Source: a virus (lineage: Duplodnaviria; Caudoviricetes). From it: a stretch of 37,427 nucleotides of DNA. Shown here one piece after another: positions 1 through 9,339 of this stretch. Position 1 is the first letter of the stretch. Every line of letters begins with the position of its first letter. The translations under genes and the position numbers were made by a program. The notes beneath the pieces were generated by a model. That model worked only from the letters and a program-made list of their open reading frames with translations, had not been told where the DNA came from and made no database searches. The stretch lies in the IMG/VR virus record IMGVR_UViG_3300020045_016684, positions 1-37,427 of that record, one strand, 5' to 3'.

Positions 1-121
1 AGAGTGCTTATATCACAATTGCAAATATTGTCAAATTATGTTTAATTTACTTTTATTTTTTGTGTATAGCACTCATTTTATATCCGTATACAATAAATAT
101 ACATAATTGTCAATATATGCA
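1..121. repeat. Direct terminal repeat, copy 1 (circular assembly overlap)
   Basis: Identical to 37307-37427. Confidence 0.97.
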
Positions 122-227
122 AAATCACATCATATTCGATCGAATCCCGAAGTCGATAAATGTACAAAATATACAATCTGCTCTCGATGAGCTCTGATAT
201 TCTGATACATTCTCAATAATTTTCTAA
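117..227 (+). CDS. Small hypothetical protein (36 aa, code 25)
   Basis: ATG 117 to TAA 225-227 with one internal TGA; MQNHIIFDRIPKS... Confidence 0.45.
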
Positions 228-239
228 CAGCTAAGACAA

Positions 240-482
240 ATGAACAAGCAAACACTAAAAATCCACCAATGGATTCAAGATGATATCAATTGGATCAAAC
301 TAAAAAGCATCACAATATGAGACATATGAGCCTATCAAAATATACGACACAATAATTCTATTCCTTGAAGAAAGATACTTGGTCGATTGGTTGAGGATTA
401 TGCCATCATAGCATGAGATACTCGTGATATTATCAGTATCAAGCTCGATCTTTTGTCTCCTGTTGAAGATTCTATTTCCTAA
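240..482 (+). CDS. Hypothetical protein, possibly DNA-binding (80 aa)
   Basis: Open with TGA=Gly; lies directly before the replication gene. Confidence 0.65.
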
Positions 483-492
483 AATATCCAAC

Positions 493-1299
493 ATGGCTAA
501 GAAACGACTTGTCGATACCAAATTTTGGGAAGATAATTATTCGTCTAATCTCGATCCAATAGAAAAGCTTATGTTTCTCTATTTCTTGACTAATAGCCAT
601 ACAAGTATTTGTGGCATATATCAGGTTCCCCTGAAAATTATCGCTGTAGATACTGGAATAGATCGAGACATGGTATTAAAAATACTCTCTCGATTCGAGA
701 GAGATTGAAAATTGATTTTTCGAGAAGGTTGGATCGCTATAAAAAACTTCATTCGTTACCAAAATGAGTGATCTCCAAAAATAAAAGCTTGAATCGAGAA
801 GGAATTACTATGAGTACCTAAAGAACTCAAAGTATGGGCTTTATGAAGCCAAGAAGAAGAAAAAATACAAGAATCTTGAAAGGGTATCGATACCCTATCG
901 CATTCTAATAGAGATTCTAATTCTAATTCTAATTCTAATTTGAATAGAGATTCAGAAAAACAACAAATTTCAGAAGAGAATTTTTCTCCTACAGAAAATG
1001 TTCCAATTCCTGAAGATTCAAAAGTTCCGCTGGCGGTTCGTGAAAAATCCGAGTACGAATTATCCATGGATTTCCTTAAAAAAATCTCTGAACATATTTT
1101 CGATCCAGTTATCGAGACTCCAGATTTCGCAGTTTGACACGAAAAAGAATGGCGTGCTTTCCTAGCTCACTTTATCGAAAAAGATAAGAGTGGGAAAATG
1201 AAGGCAGAACGTGAAAAGACTTTTTCTATAAAACTCCGATTCCTCAAGTGGCTCTCCAACTGATACGGATCTAAACAAAATTCCCATATTACCTATTAG
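493..1299 (+). CDS. Phage replication initiator / replisome organizer
   Basis: N-terminus MAKKRLVDTKFWED..LDPIEKLMFLYFLTNSHTSICGIYQVPLKIIAVDTG is typical of phage replication-initiator wHTH domains; SNSNSN linker; joins ORF-track pieces 424-708 and 940-1137 across TGA. Confidence 0.8.
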
Positions 1300-1302
1300 C
1301 CT

Positions 1303-1728
1303 ATGCAATCACTCATACTACCAAAACAACTCACTGCAATCGACTGCTACGATGGAAAAACTCACTACAAGGACTGTACTACTGAATATGCATCTCAATT
1401 CCGAAAGGCTCAATTCCAATCTCTGGATGGATCGATAATCACAGGATCAAATATCCGAACGATTCGAACTGCAACAGGTATTGAATTCTATGAACAATTA
1501 ATCCTTCCAAAACTTCCTCAGAATGAAAAGGATCTCTATCTACGGATCAGATCAAATATTCCAGAGAAAGTCGAAAAAGAATTGAAGCTAGAACAAATAT
1601 TCTCTGCAATGGATCGAAAAAAGAAAGAAGATAATTATTACCGAGAAGTATCTCGTCCACTCAGTGAAGCAGAAATAGAACGTAGACGTCAACAGGTGGC
1701 GAGTAGACCAAAGCTCCAATTCACATAA
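1303..1728 (+). CDS. Hypothetical protein (possible replication accessory)
   Basis: 141-aa ORF directly after the initiator. Confidence 0.8.
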   Translation: MQSLILPKQLTAIDCYDGKTHYKDCTTEYASQFRKAQFQSLDGSIITGSNIRTIRTATGIEFYEQLILPKLPQNEKDLYLRIRSNIPEKVEKELKLEQIFSAMDRKKKEDNYYREVSRPLSEAEIERRRQQVASRPKLQFT

Positions 1729-1737
1729 TTTTCTCCC

Positions 1738-2301
1738 ATGATCTCAACTCTCCAAATAGAAACATCTGCGAAAAAATATTGAGTAAAGATCTGATCGCTT
1801 AAATGCAAAGTTTTACGTCACATCTACCAATACAAACGAGTGAAGGCAACGGATCTCGACAAGGCATTTCTTTTCTCCGCTGGGCGAAGAGCGAATGATC
1901 GCAAGAAGCGATGACTCCTCGAAGTACTTGATTCTGAACCGATTATGAACAATGCGAATGATCGGTTTTTTTATTCCCTCACTGACCTCGGGAAAAAGAT
2001 AATGACCGATGCCAGTATGCAAACACTCGCTAATCAAGAAAAACTATGAAGCTCTATGCAACAAAACGATCCGGAACATTCCGATCCTCTCCAAGTCTGA
2101 AAGATTCAATCGATACCCTCCAAGAGTGAGACTTCGTGATATCAATCGAACGAGAAAAAAGAATTAGATCATCCAACCAAAACAGATTCTACTGGGGGGT
2201 ATTCTTACCAGTCCTTACAGAAACCTGATACACCGTTGAAGAGTTGCACGAACTTTTTAAAAAAATGTTTCTCTCGAAAACCAAACGACTCCCAAAGCTA
2301 A
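1738..2301 (+). CDS. Hypothetical protein, possible winged-helix N-terminus
   Basis: Open with TGA=Gly; reads through the ATGA junction at 2046-2049 to TAA 2299-2301. Confidence 0.6.
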
Positions 2302-2429
2302 AGAGAAAAACAATACTTGTAACAAAATCTACTACCGAACTCTCCACTATCGAGTGGGAGGTATTCATTCAGCAGATCAGAGACTTTGTAGCTCCACTAT
2401 GATACATACTTCCTATCCCCAACGAATAA
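2046..2429 (+). CDS. NinB/DUF1367-like recombination protein
   Basis: RSSNQNRFYWG...LHELFKKMFL...STTELSTIEWEVFIQQIRDF..GYILPIP motifs. Confidence 0.8.
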
Positions 2430-2530
2430 TGCCTAAAAAGAAATCCATTTCTATTCTCAATCCAAATTCTCTTGTTCTCAAGAGTCTATTCGATCAAATC
2501 GATAAAGATCGGCGAAACAAAAACAAATAA
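2429..2530 (+). CDS. Small basic hypothetical protein (33 aa)
   Basis: TAATG-coupled to the upstream gene. Confidence 0.45.
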   Translation: MPKKKSISILNPNSLVLKSLFDQIDKDRRNKNK

Positions 2531-2550
2531 TTTATTCCTAATATTTTTCC

Positions 2551-3498
2551 ATGAATGCTAAAATCATTTTTCCAATCATTCTGATCCTCATTACTGCATC
2601 CTATGCAGTCTATACATCCAACTTTCCAAGTACAACCGATCAAAAAACAACCACAGTTGAGTCCTTCCGAATCCAAGCTCAAGAAGCTAGAGATCGAGAG
2701 ATCAAAGCTCAAGAAGATCGTCAGGAAAGAGAAAATAATCTCTCTCGTGCTATCTGGCTTGAATGCTTTGATACAGCAACTTCACAAACTGGAAGCAACT
2801 TTGCAAGCCAACAAAAAGAATCTTACGAGTGCTGGAAGCAAAACACAACAAATATAAATTCTTGAACGGTCACCTCTGCCAATTCAGAGGTTCCCCCCAA
2901 ATGAATAATATCTAAAACCAATGACATCACTATAAATCTACAACAAGCTACTAGAAACATATCCAATGCTAATGCCATACAGTGAGCTAAAAAAATCAAC
3001 TCAAAGCCAGTGGAAAAAATACCAAAAGCAAATTCCGTGACTCTGGGAACTACAAGTAGCAGTGGAAAATGAATCGAGGGATCAAAAGGAACGAGCAAGG
3101 AAATATTTTGGAAATCATATGAGATAGCAATCGTAATGATAAAAAAATGGGAATGACTTAGGCTACACGCTTATCCTGATTATGGACATTGTTCAATCGG
3201 ATATGGATCATATGCAAAGTCTTGCGATGAAGTTATAACTATTAGTGAAGCAAATAGACGACTATGAGTAACTGTCCAGACACTCATAAAAACAGTCCAA
3301 AAAGATTTTCCTACTCTCACCTCGAAGCAACAAGGAGCTCTCGCATCTTTCGCATACAACTGTTCGAAGTGATATAAGAGCCTCGCAAAGAATTGACTTA
3401 AGTATCATGGACAGTGGTGCAAAACAGCCTGAGGAATAAAACTTGGAGGACTAGAAAGACGGAGGGCGGAAGAATCAGCAATTTTATTTAAAAACTAA
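2551..3498 (+). CDS. Signal-anchored protein with C-terminal GH24 (phage-type) lysozyme domain
   Basis: Hydrophobic N-terminus (IIFPIILILITASYA), long linker, then IKKWEGLRLHAYPDYGHCSIGYG...QQGALASFAYNC...GLERRRAEE. Confidence 0.85.
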
Positions 3499-3507
3499 TA
3501 TCAGTCT

Positions 3508-4242
3508 ATGGACTTACAAGCACTCATAAATACCTCAATGGAGGATTACATCAAAGAAAAATTACCGGAAAAAACAGCACAATATCTTGAAAAGATGATT
3601 GATGCGGTACTTGATGATCTTTTTTCAAGATATGGCGAAAGCTCAAAACAGATCAAGCAAGTTTTATCCGAGAAAATCCAACTTGATCTCACAAAATTAT
3701 CCCTCATTGATTACAATGGGATGATCTCAACATCTATACAAAACCATTTCAACCATCTTGCAATTGAGAACTCAATTGATCCAATAATGAAACTTATTGG
3801 AGAGGTTGTTGGAAAAAAATTACCTTATGAAGATATACACCTCAATGATGTTTTTGATAAAATCAAAGAGATCACAATGGATGGATTGGATCATGGTGAT
3901 GATGGAGAGGTTTCATTTTATGCATCATACAACAAAAAATATGATTGGATTGAGTGTTGGGCGGATAAAGATGCAGATACAAACCAAAGAAATTGCGGTG
4001 TATATTTCATATTTTCTTGAGCAAAAGCAACCAAGGAAAAATGAGGAGGCACAATATTCTCAATGCAATTCAGAAATTATAGTTGAGTTGCAAAATCATC
4101 CATTGATATTGCCAACCTTGATGGTGTTGAAAAATATATACATCAACTCTATACATCTTGAGTAAAAATATATGTTGATCCGGATGATCTTGAGGAGGGT
4201 GAAATGGATTTTGAGAGAGAGTTTGAGGTTGATTTATCTTAA
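3508..4242 (+). CDS. Hypothetical phage protein (244 aa)
   Basis: ORF-track 3508-4020 continues through TGA to TAA 4240-4242. Confidence 0.85.
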
Positions 4243-4257
4243 ATAATTTTTATTCAT

Positions 4258-4444
4258 ATGGACTTCCTCGACTATCTACAACATCTCGAATTGGCGAATT
4301 GGGCGGGGGGGGGGGTTACAAATTAAAGACATGCCCAAGGAAACAATGGACTTTTTAAAATTCCTTTTTTCCAACCGCTCCAATATTCAATCCGCTGTAA
4401 ATAAAAGGCGTAGAAAAAATTTTACTCAAATACTTTTATTTTAA
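4258..4444 (+). pseudogene. Small gene interrupted by a G11 homopolymer (possible phase-variable OFF state)
   Basis: With G11 (4305-4315) it stops at TAA 4324-4326; with G10 it gives a 61-aa ORF ending at 4444. Confidence 0.55.
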
Positions 4445-4446
4445 AT

Positions 4447-4701
4447 ATGCCTCTATCTCTCAAAGACTGCTGGCATAAACCATACTACCTAGAAGACGGA
4501 TCAGTTAATACTGAGTGCCGTCTTTTTGTTTGAGTTTCAGAAAAAAGAAAACAAGAAATTCTTAAAAATTACCACCAATGATTAATCCACCAGAGAAAGT
4601 CTGCAAATCTTGCGAGAAATGACCAAGGCACACAGGAAGAACTCTCTGCCTTGTATGTATTCAAATCAAGCAAAAAGAAGTCGCAAAGGCTCAAAGAATA
4701 A
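4447..4701 (+). CDS. Hypothetical protein
   Basis: MPLSLKDCWHKPYYLEDG...; reads through ATGA at 4578-4581 to TAA 4699-4701. Confidence 0.55.
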
Positions 4702-5240
4702 AGAATTTAGAGAAAGCCAAGTTAAAACGGCAAAGTATCAATATTCGATTAAGCTGAGTTGATGAATCTGACCGATCCGAGATCCGAGAAAAAATCCATG
4801 AAACTATCTGACCTTTTCTAAAAAAGAAGCAGATAACTATAAAACTTTCCCGGTGAAAGGTAAAATCAGAACTCAAAAAACTTGAAGACAAAGCAGATGA
4901 TATCTGGAGTAAAGCAGTAAAGATAAATTACAATAACAAGTGTGTGTATTCCCAAGAATCAACTAATCTTAATTCTCATCACATATTCACTCGAAGTAGA
5001 CTATCTACAAGGTGGAATATCAACAATGGTATGTGTCTAACTGCAAATCATCATACATGGTCGCAAGAGTTCTCCGCCCATAAGACCCCCGCAAAATTCA
5101 TGGTATGGCTGAGAGAGCTCAAGTGAGATAAATTCATTGATGATCTCGAAAAGAAATCTCGAGAAGTATTCAAGCCAACAGTTGAAAACCTCCAGGCAAT
5201 AATCAAAGAACTGGAGGATTTTATTAAAAATAATTCATAG
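4578..5240 (+). CDS. NinG/Rap-like HNH endonuclease
   Basis: N-terminal CxxC..CxxC; ADDIWSKAVK...NSHHIFTRSRLSTRWNINNGMCLTANHH. Confidence 0.8.
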
Positions 5241-5244
5241 CAAA

Positions 5245-5394
5245 ATGAAAATAATCACACCAATAATCATCCTCATCCTCCTTTGTCTTGCTGTTCCATT
5301 CCTCACGAATCTACACAAGACACTAGAGAAAAACTGCAATACCACCTGAGGTAGTTACCTCGGATGACACTGTATCCATTTTAATTCACGATAA
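5245..5394 (+). CDS. Small membrane or secreted protein
   Basis: Hydrophobic N-terminus; CNTTGGSYLGGHC. Confidence 0.6.
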
Positions 5395-5406
5395 ATAATT
5401 TTTCCT

Positions 5407-5679
5407 ATGACAAATAAAGAACAAGTCTTTGATAAGATTGATTGAAATCAAGTACATCATTTATGGGATTTCCTCATAAGAAAATGATGGCAACCACAAT
5501 TCTCACACTTTCAAGATACATCAGTATTTTCGGTTTGGAGTGGTAATATCTGGTATGAATTCAATGATCCTACACTACCAGAAAACGCAACTGAACTCAG
5601 ATTTAATATGTCTATGCCTCTCGATAATCAAGAAGAAAGAGTATACGATTTTCTATTAAAATTCTTAGATCAGGTTTAA
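5407..5679 (+). CDS. Hypothetical protein
   Basis: 90-aa ORF under code 25. Confidence 0.7.
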
Positions 5680-5705
5680 TGTCATGGTAATGTCATGATA
5701 TATTA

Positions 5706-5860
5706 ACTCCCTGCACGAGTATAACTGACAGCCACTACCAAGGATAACGGATGTAAGCAATGTATATGGGGTAGCAAATAAACTCGATGAGCCTGCATCG
5801 TCATTGTAACAGGAGTGCCTGGGTGAAATTCCTTTTTTGCAGTAACTATGCTGTGGCATA
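5706..5860 (+). ncRNA. Candidate structured RNA upstream of the tRNA-like element
   Basis: GC-richer intergenic stretch with CTGCA/TGCAG, CTACC/GGTAG, CGATG/CATCG, ACTCC/GGAGT and TATGC/GCATA pairings and a T-loop-like GGGTGAAATTCC. Confidence 0.35.
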
Positions 5861-5883
5861 AATAGTCTCCTCGTAGAGAGGAG

Positions 5884-6012
5884 GAGCGTGTGGCGGAATA
5901 GGTAGACGCTCGGGGTCGCAAGCCTCGAAGAGACTCGGTAGCCTCTGGGATAAGTCCTATAAATCCGTTCGACTCGGAACTTAATTTGCAAGTTCAAATC
6001 TTGCCACGCTCT
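5884..6012 (+). ncRNA. tRNA-like RNA (GCA anticodon, U73) with a ~60-nt three-hairpin variable region
   Basis: Acceptor GAGCGTG/CACGCTC; D-arm GCG-GAATAGGTAGA-CGC; arm CGGGG-TCGCAAG-CCTCG; T-arm GCAAG-TTCAAAT-CTTGC; no encoded CCA. Confidence 0.75.
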
Positions 6013-6057
6013 CCTTCTCTTTATGAGTTTATATCAAATAATCATTCAAAACCCTAT

Positions 6058-6219
6058 ATGGCTACACTTATTTCTCTTATTTTACTTATTATTATACCAC
6101 AAGAAGAAACATGATTAACTAATCCTGGTGATACTTTCGGTGCTGTTATGTTTGTATTTCTCTTAGAGGCATTTATCGTTTCTTGTGATATTGCTATCTA
6201 TAAATTTTTAATTTCATAA
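6058..6219 (+). CDS. Small two-helix membrane protein
   Basis: 53 aa with two hydrophobic stretches. Confidence 0.55.
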
Positions 6220-6229
6220 ATAACCACAT

Positions 6230-6685
6230 ATGACAAGACCTATTAAATTCCGTTGAAAAAGCATAGAAACCTGAGAATGGCTGTATTGAGATTTATGGAG
6301 AAGACAACAAAACGGACAAGGAACTATTTATACATTCATTACTCATACTTGATGACGAGTCGAGAGAGTAGATCCAGAAACAGTCTGACAATACACCTGA
6401 TTGCCTGATAAGAATGGAATGGAGATATATGAGGGGGATATAGTTAGAGTGGATATTTGAACAAAAAGATTCCCAAAAACTGTAAATAAAGAAATTTCAT
6501 ATTTCGAAGAGTATTGAATTTTTTGAATGAAATGACATCAATCATATTGAGAAGTTGATTTTACTATTCCTATGGGTAGTCATTGAAGCTCTACAAAATA
6601 TTCTCCATATTTACTCTCTTCCTACTGGAGAAGAAATATTGAAATCATCTGAAACATCTACGAGAATCCTGATTTACTTAAATAA
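6230..6685 (+). CDS. YopX family protein
   Basis: RPIKFRGKSIETGEWLYGDL...VDPETVGQYTGLPDKNGMEIYEGDIV...IEIIGNIYENPDLL; most conserved Gly are TGA. Confidence 0.92.
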
Positions 6686-6698
6686 CCTTTTATAGAAT

Positions 6699-6989
6699 AT
6701 GACACAACTATCAAAAGACATTACAGATGTAATGAAAATTATGTGAGAAAGTTGAGAATCTCCAAGATACATAAAAAGTAAATTATGAATAACAGAATAC
6801 AAACTTAGGAAAATATATAAGTTTCTAAAAGAAAACGGATATACAGAAATTTTCTCATATGGATGAAGTGGTTGTACTTGCAAGTTTAATGAAAGTGTAA
6901 ATTGGTGTGAATGTGGCTGAGCTCCTTTTGTTTGAAGATTTACAGCATTATCAAAAAAGTGAATCGATTTTATTACTTTAAAAGTTTAG
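6699..6989 (+). CDS. Hypothetical protein, possible HTH with Cys cluster
   Basis: SPRYIKSKLGITEYKLRKIYKFLKENG resembles a wHTH. Confidence 0.65.
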
Positions 6990-6994
6990 TCCAT

Positions 6995-7381
6995 ATGTCT
7001 CAATACATACCATACAGCATCCGCAACAACATAACCGACAAAGATCTCGCAGGACTACTTGACTATCTCGAACGAGAGATGGGGTGGGAGATAAAATTAG
7101 AGATTTTTGATACCGAATGTGAAGAATTGCCAGATTGAACCGAAATATATACTCCTCTTGAATATATCATTATGAATCAAAACGATTTATGTATTTATAT
7201 ACACTCAAACTCTTGGAGATCAACATTTAAAAATATTGCTACATTCTGATATCAATTTTACCATTGAGATGAAGACACTGACCCAAGCATCCAACAAGAA
7301 ATGTTTGAGATGACCGAAGAGCTATTCTTCCGCACCTACAAATCTATCCTCCCTGTGATAAGGGATTTATATTCTAAGTAA
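6995..7381 (+). CDS. Hypothetical protein
   Basis: 128 aa under code 25. Confidence 0.75.
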
Positions 7382-7386
7382 TTCAT

Positions 7387-7728
7387 ATGGAATTCATCGC
7401 AGAAACCTACACTCCAAAAACTCCCTGGAGAGATGTTCCAATAATCAAAGTAACTAAGCGAATTCAGAGTGTTACTTGTACATTTGAGAGACATGCCTAT
7501 CCTTCTTGATGATTCGTATGGTATCTCCACGCAACTCGGAGGAGAAAGCAAGTAGTCGGTAGGAAAATCCAGATGGTAACTCTCGATATTCTTGGCAACT
7601 CTCTCTGGTGAAATACTGAGCGATATGATACTCTCAAATCATGAGAACTCCCTGAGTATCAATGGCTTGAGTATGTATTCAGGGACTTCTGTATGTCTAC
7701 AGAGAAACGAATGAGAGAATTTTTATAA
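7387..7728 (+). CDS. Hypothetical protein
   Basis: 113 aa under code 25. Confidence 0.7.
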
Positions 7729-7759
7729 CAACTTAAAAAAAGCAAATTTTCACTATCTT

Positions 7760-7787
7760 TTGAAATTACTATTCCATTCGATATAAT
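7760..7787 (+). promoter_or_regulatory. Sigma70-like promoter of a moron gene
   Basis: TTGAAA-16 nt-TATAAT. Confidence 0.55.
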
Positions 7788-7820
7788 GTATATGTCCTTT
7801 ATTTCTTAATTTTTTCTCTT

Positions 7821-8042
7821 ATGTTAAAATGTCCACATTGCAATAACCTTATACTCCAATTTAGTATGGAGGCATGCACTATCAATCAGCCTGCTGGCAA
7901 TACTCAATGGAATTGAGTTGCTTATAGTTGTTGAAATATTTCCTGCATGAAAGTTATTTCCGTTGGAATTGATCCAATGATTCTCAGAAATGAAACTGTA
8001 GAAAATACAGTTGAAAAGCTTATGCAGAGACTCGGTAGATAA
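7821..8042 (+). CDS. Small zinc-ribbon protein (moron)
   Basis: CPHC...CGNISC; has its own promoter and terminator. Confidence 0.7.
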
Positions 8043-8055
8043 TTCCATCACTTAT

Positions 8056-8082
8056 AAATCCCCAGTAAAATGGGGATTTTTT
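8056..8082 (+). terminator. Intrinsic terminator
   Basis: AAATCCCCA-gtaaaa-TGGGGATTT followed by Ts. Confidence 0.8.
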
Positions 8083-8106
8083 ATTATTTACAACCCTTAT
8101 TGATAT

Positions 8107-8316
8107 ATGCTATCAACTATAAAATGTCCTTGTTGTTGAGAACAATGTATTCCAAGATATTGATATATCTTATGGGGACTATCCAGATGATGATATCATG
8201 AAGAAAAATGATGTTGGTGGGAAGATTGATGTGTATGGCAATGAAAATCAAAACCAGCCCCCATAACATTATGGGAGCGAATCAAAAAACATTGATGGAA
8301 AGCTCGTATATTTTAA
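8107..8316 (+). CDS. Small Cys/Trp-rich hypothetical protein
   Basis: CPCCGEQC...; 69 aa, TGA-rich. Confidence 0.5.
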
Positions 8317-8337
8317 ATAACCTGATAAAGGATTTAT

Positions 8338-8373
8338 TCCATATCCTAGTCATTTCCAGATTATCAATATAAT
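8338..8373 (+). promoter_or_regulatory. Putative late promoter, copy 1 (TCCAYWTMYT ... -10 box)
   Basis: TCCATATCCT, with TATAAT starting 30 nt after the motif start. Confidence 0.65.
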
Positions 8374-8374
8374 T

Positions 8375-8474
8375 GATTAGTCTAAGCGATTGCGGATCAC
8401 ATATGGGCAATAACCCTTTCGAGCGGTTACCATCACTGGGTCGATACCAAATAGATAAATTCCTGTCTATAATC
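8375..8474 (+). ncRNA. Candidate multi-stem RNA or leader before terS
   Basis: GATTA/TAATC closing stem; ATTGC/GCAAT; TAACC-CT-TTCG-AG-C-GGTTA; ATAGATA/TGTCTAT. Confidence 0.45.
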
Positions 8475-8598
8475 TCGATATCTACAATCCTTAGTTCTAA
8501 AAAACGAGGGTATTTTGCTTTTCAAGAGTCCTCTATAATGGGGATATTTTTTATGCCTACAAGGCTCCATATTACCTATATACTAATCCATTCATTCT

Positions 8599-9339
8599 AT
8601 GAAAATACATGAAGACGAAATCTTATGAGGTAGACCACTCAAAGAAGTTTCAGAAAGAGAGATAGATTCTCCTATTTGAAAGATCGAGGAAACACCAGAC
8701 GAAACCACAAACGAAAAACCACGAGAAATAATCCGTGACGATAAGTGACGAATAGTCGTACCAATCCCACAAAACACCAACAAGAATGGAAAGGCTGGGC
8801 GACCTACCGACTACCGACCAGAATATGCGGATCAACTACTGGAATTCATGAGCCGAACAAGTCACGAGGTTGGAATTAATAAAACATATTACAAAGCCTG
8901 AGATTGATCGTATGACGGTTGAGTGAAGAGTGAAAAGCATGTCGTCATTACTGAGACATACCCAACACTGCAACGATTCGCTTTTAGTAAATGAGTTCTT
9001 GTTGAAACACTGAATAACTGGGCTGATGCAAAATATCCACCAGATTATCCTTGACTGGATGATGAGTGACAACCGCTTGCATGAAAACATAAACATCCTG
9101 AATTTTTCGATGCCTTAAGGTTGGCAAAGCAAATCCAAGAATCAATACTCGTTGAGAATGCTATGAACGGCAATTATCCTTCTCAGTTTGCGATATTCAT
9201 CGCCAAGAATAACTTCGGTTACTCAGATAAAAGCGAGCTCGATGTTAGCGATAAGACTGCACCTCGCAAAACTGCACTTGATAAATTTACTTCTCTAATC
9301 TCTTGAAAAAATGATCAAGATGAATGATCCGGAATTTAA
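8599..9339 (+). CDS. terS: Terminase small subunit (P22 gp3-like)
   Basis: GRPTDYRPEY..PTLQRFA..HPEFFDALRLAKQIQE..FAIFIAKNNFGYSDK; precedes terL. Confidence 0.85.

Noticed and set aside
5782-5830. Hammerhead ribozyme (CTCGATGAG...GTGAAA)
   Set aside because: The core deviates from CUGAUGA and I could not build stems I and III.
5884-6012. tRNA-Gly(TCA) suppressor, tmRNA or YrlA
   Set aside because: No TCA anticodon loop; too short and lacking tmRNA ends or tag ORF; the D-then-T order is not the permuted YrlA layout.
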